Below, in pieces: positions 63,030 to 64,000 of a stretch of DNA of 64,000 bases. The notes beneath the pieces are model-generated. The model was not told the origin of the DNA. It ran no database searches and was given only the letters and a program-made list of their open reading frames with translations. This stretch comes from Macrostomum lignano (taxonomy: Eukaryota), in NCBI GenBank assembly GCA_002269645.1, contig NIVC01003512.1, forward strand, positions 1-64,000, given 5' to 3'. The position numbers and the translations under genes are program-made. Position 1 is the first letter of the stretch, and each line of letters begins with the position of its first letter.

Positions 63030-63850
63030 AAGAACACTAGAAGAACAATGAGAGATAGAATGGACCAGCACAGGTCAAATATTAACAGGAGAGTCGTTAC
63101 TTCGGGGTCAGAGCACTTTCTCACCCCCAATCACTCGATTGCAAACTTTGTCTCCATTGCTATCGAACAAGTTCTTAATAACAACAAAATCGAACTAAGG
63201 GAAGAAATCTGGATTAAAAAACTGGGGACTGACGAACCGCCAGGTACGAACATCAGGGTTGACAATCATCTTCTCCGACCCATCCTTCCTTTTCACCCAT
63301 CTACGGTCTGGCTCGCCAACGAGATTGCTAAAAACTTTGATAACTACAAAATAAACCAGGCTCCCGCATACTGCCCGCATTTACACGGCAACGTAACTTA
63401 CAGAGCCTCCTGGCTCCCAATAAGTTTAAATCTCAGCCAGAAAACCATTGAATCATTTTAACCAATGCGCTCATTTTACCCTATTGATGTACAATATTTA
63501 TTCAAATTTATTTTATTCAAACTGCTTGATTGTACGCACAAATATCGATTTTTATGCTCCTACCCTCAATACTGGCATTTCCTGTAATCGTATAGCACTT
63601 CGAAAAAACAATTTTTATATAATAAATATACTGTCGATTAAAATTAACGGTGGAAAGCCTCTGGGACAAGTTAGAGCTAGAAAAAACAGGGTTTTAAATG
63701 TACATCCCTCATATGTACAACTAACTCATCAATTTTATCAGACTAAGAAAAATAATACTTAAAAGACCAACTTGCATTGCATTACACCCAGATTTTTGGC
63801 CTGACGAAGAGCCCAGAGGCTCGAAACCGGTAGCCCATATTAAAAAAAAT
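63030..63850 (+). mobile_element. 5'-truncated Penelope-like element (GIY-YIG endonuclease C-terminus plus 3' region)
   Basis: RMDQHRSNI...SEHF...HS...IAIEQV...REEIWIKKLGT..P.GTN is the typical PLE GIY-YIG tail; hammerhead motif downstream. Confidence 0.75.
63797..63835 (+). ncRNA. Minimal type I hammerhead ribozyme
   Basis: GGC-CTGACGA-A-GAGCC(CAGA)GGCTC-GAAA-CCGG-TA-GCC: stem I GGC/GCC, intact core, 5-bp stem II, palindromic ACCGGT stem III, predicted cleavage after GUA at 63832. Confidence 0.8.
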
Positions 63851-64000
63851 TTTTTTTAAACACGCCGTGACCTCTCTTCTTTCTCTCTCTCTCTCTCTAC
63901 CTCTCTCTTTAAACGTTGCGCACGTCAAAATTATGTCGGTCAGTGCAAATATTCATTCCATACCAGCATTCTATTAATGTTACACTCTCAGCGCGACCTT

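Overview
Eukaryotic (animal) genomic DNA: spliceosomal GT-AG introns, GC-rich coding exons, and about 20 unrelated mini/microsatellite arrays. This style fits a repeat-rich free-living flatworm such as Macrostomum (inference, not proven). I reconstructed six intact genes by hand from splice sites and codon phases. (1) A secreted WSC+PAN/Apple protein (8102-7057, minus). (2) A Yippee-like gene (12579-11399, minus). (3) ACSF2 with an intronless CDS (16917-15076, minus). (4) A 13-exon, 1289-aa RP1/LOXHD1-like gene with DCX-DCX-PLAT-PLAT-beta-trefoil-PLAT-PLAT architecture (41935-24334, minus) and RFX X-boxes upstream. (5) An intronless secreted EGF-cbEGF-FN2-FN2 gene nested antisense in intron 5 of gene 4 (34720-35484). 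(6) A 4-exon HR96/NR1J-like nuclear receptor (59885-55745, minus). A frameshift-riddled paralogue of gene 1 lies at 1-707. Mobile DNA: two tRNA-derived SINE families (one CORE-like; one with a minisatellite amplified inside its Pol III head), hAT, Tc1 and Harbinger-type MITEs, Gypsy integrase and LINE remnants, and a Penelope-like element ending in a minimal type I hammerhead ribozyme. No CRISPR, rRNA or genuine tRNA genes were seen. Family assignments come from motif recall; no database searches were run.
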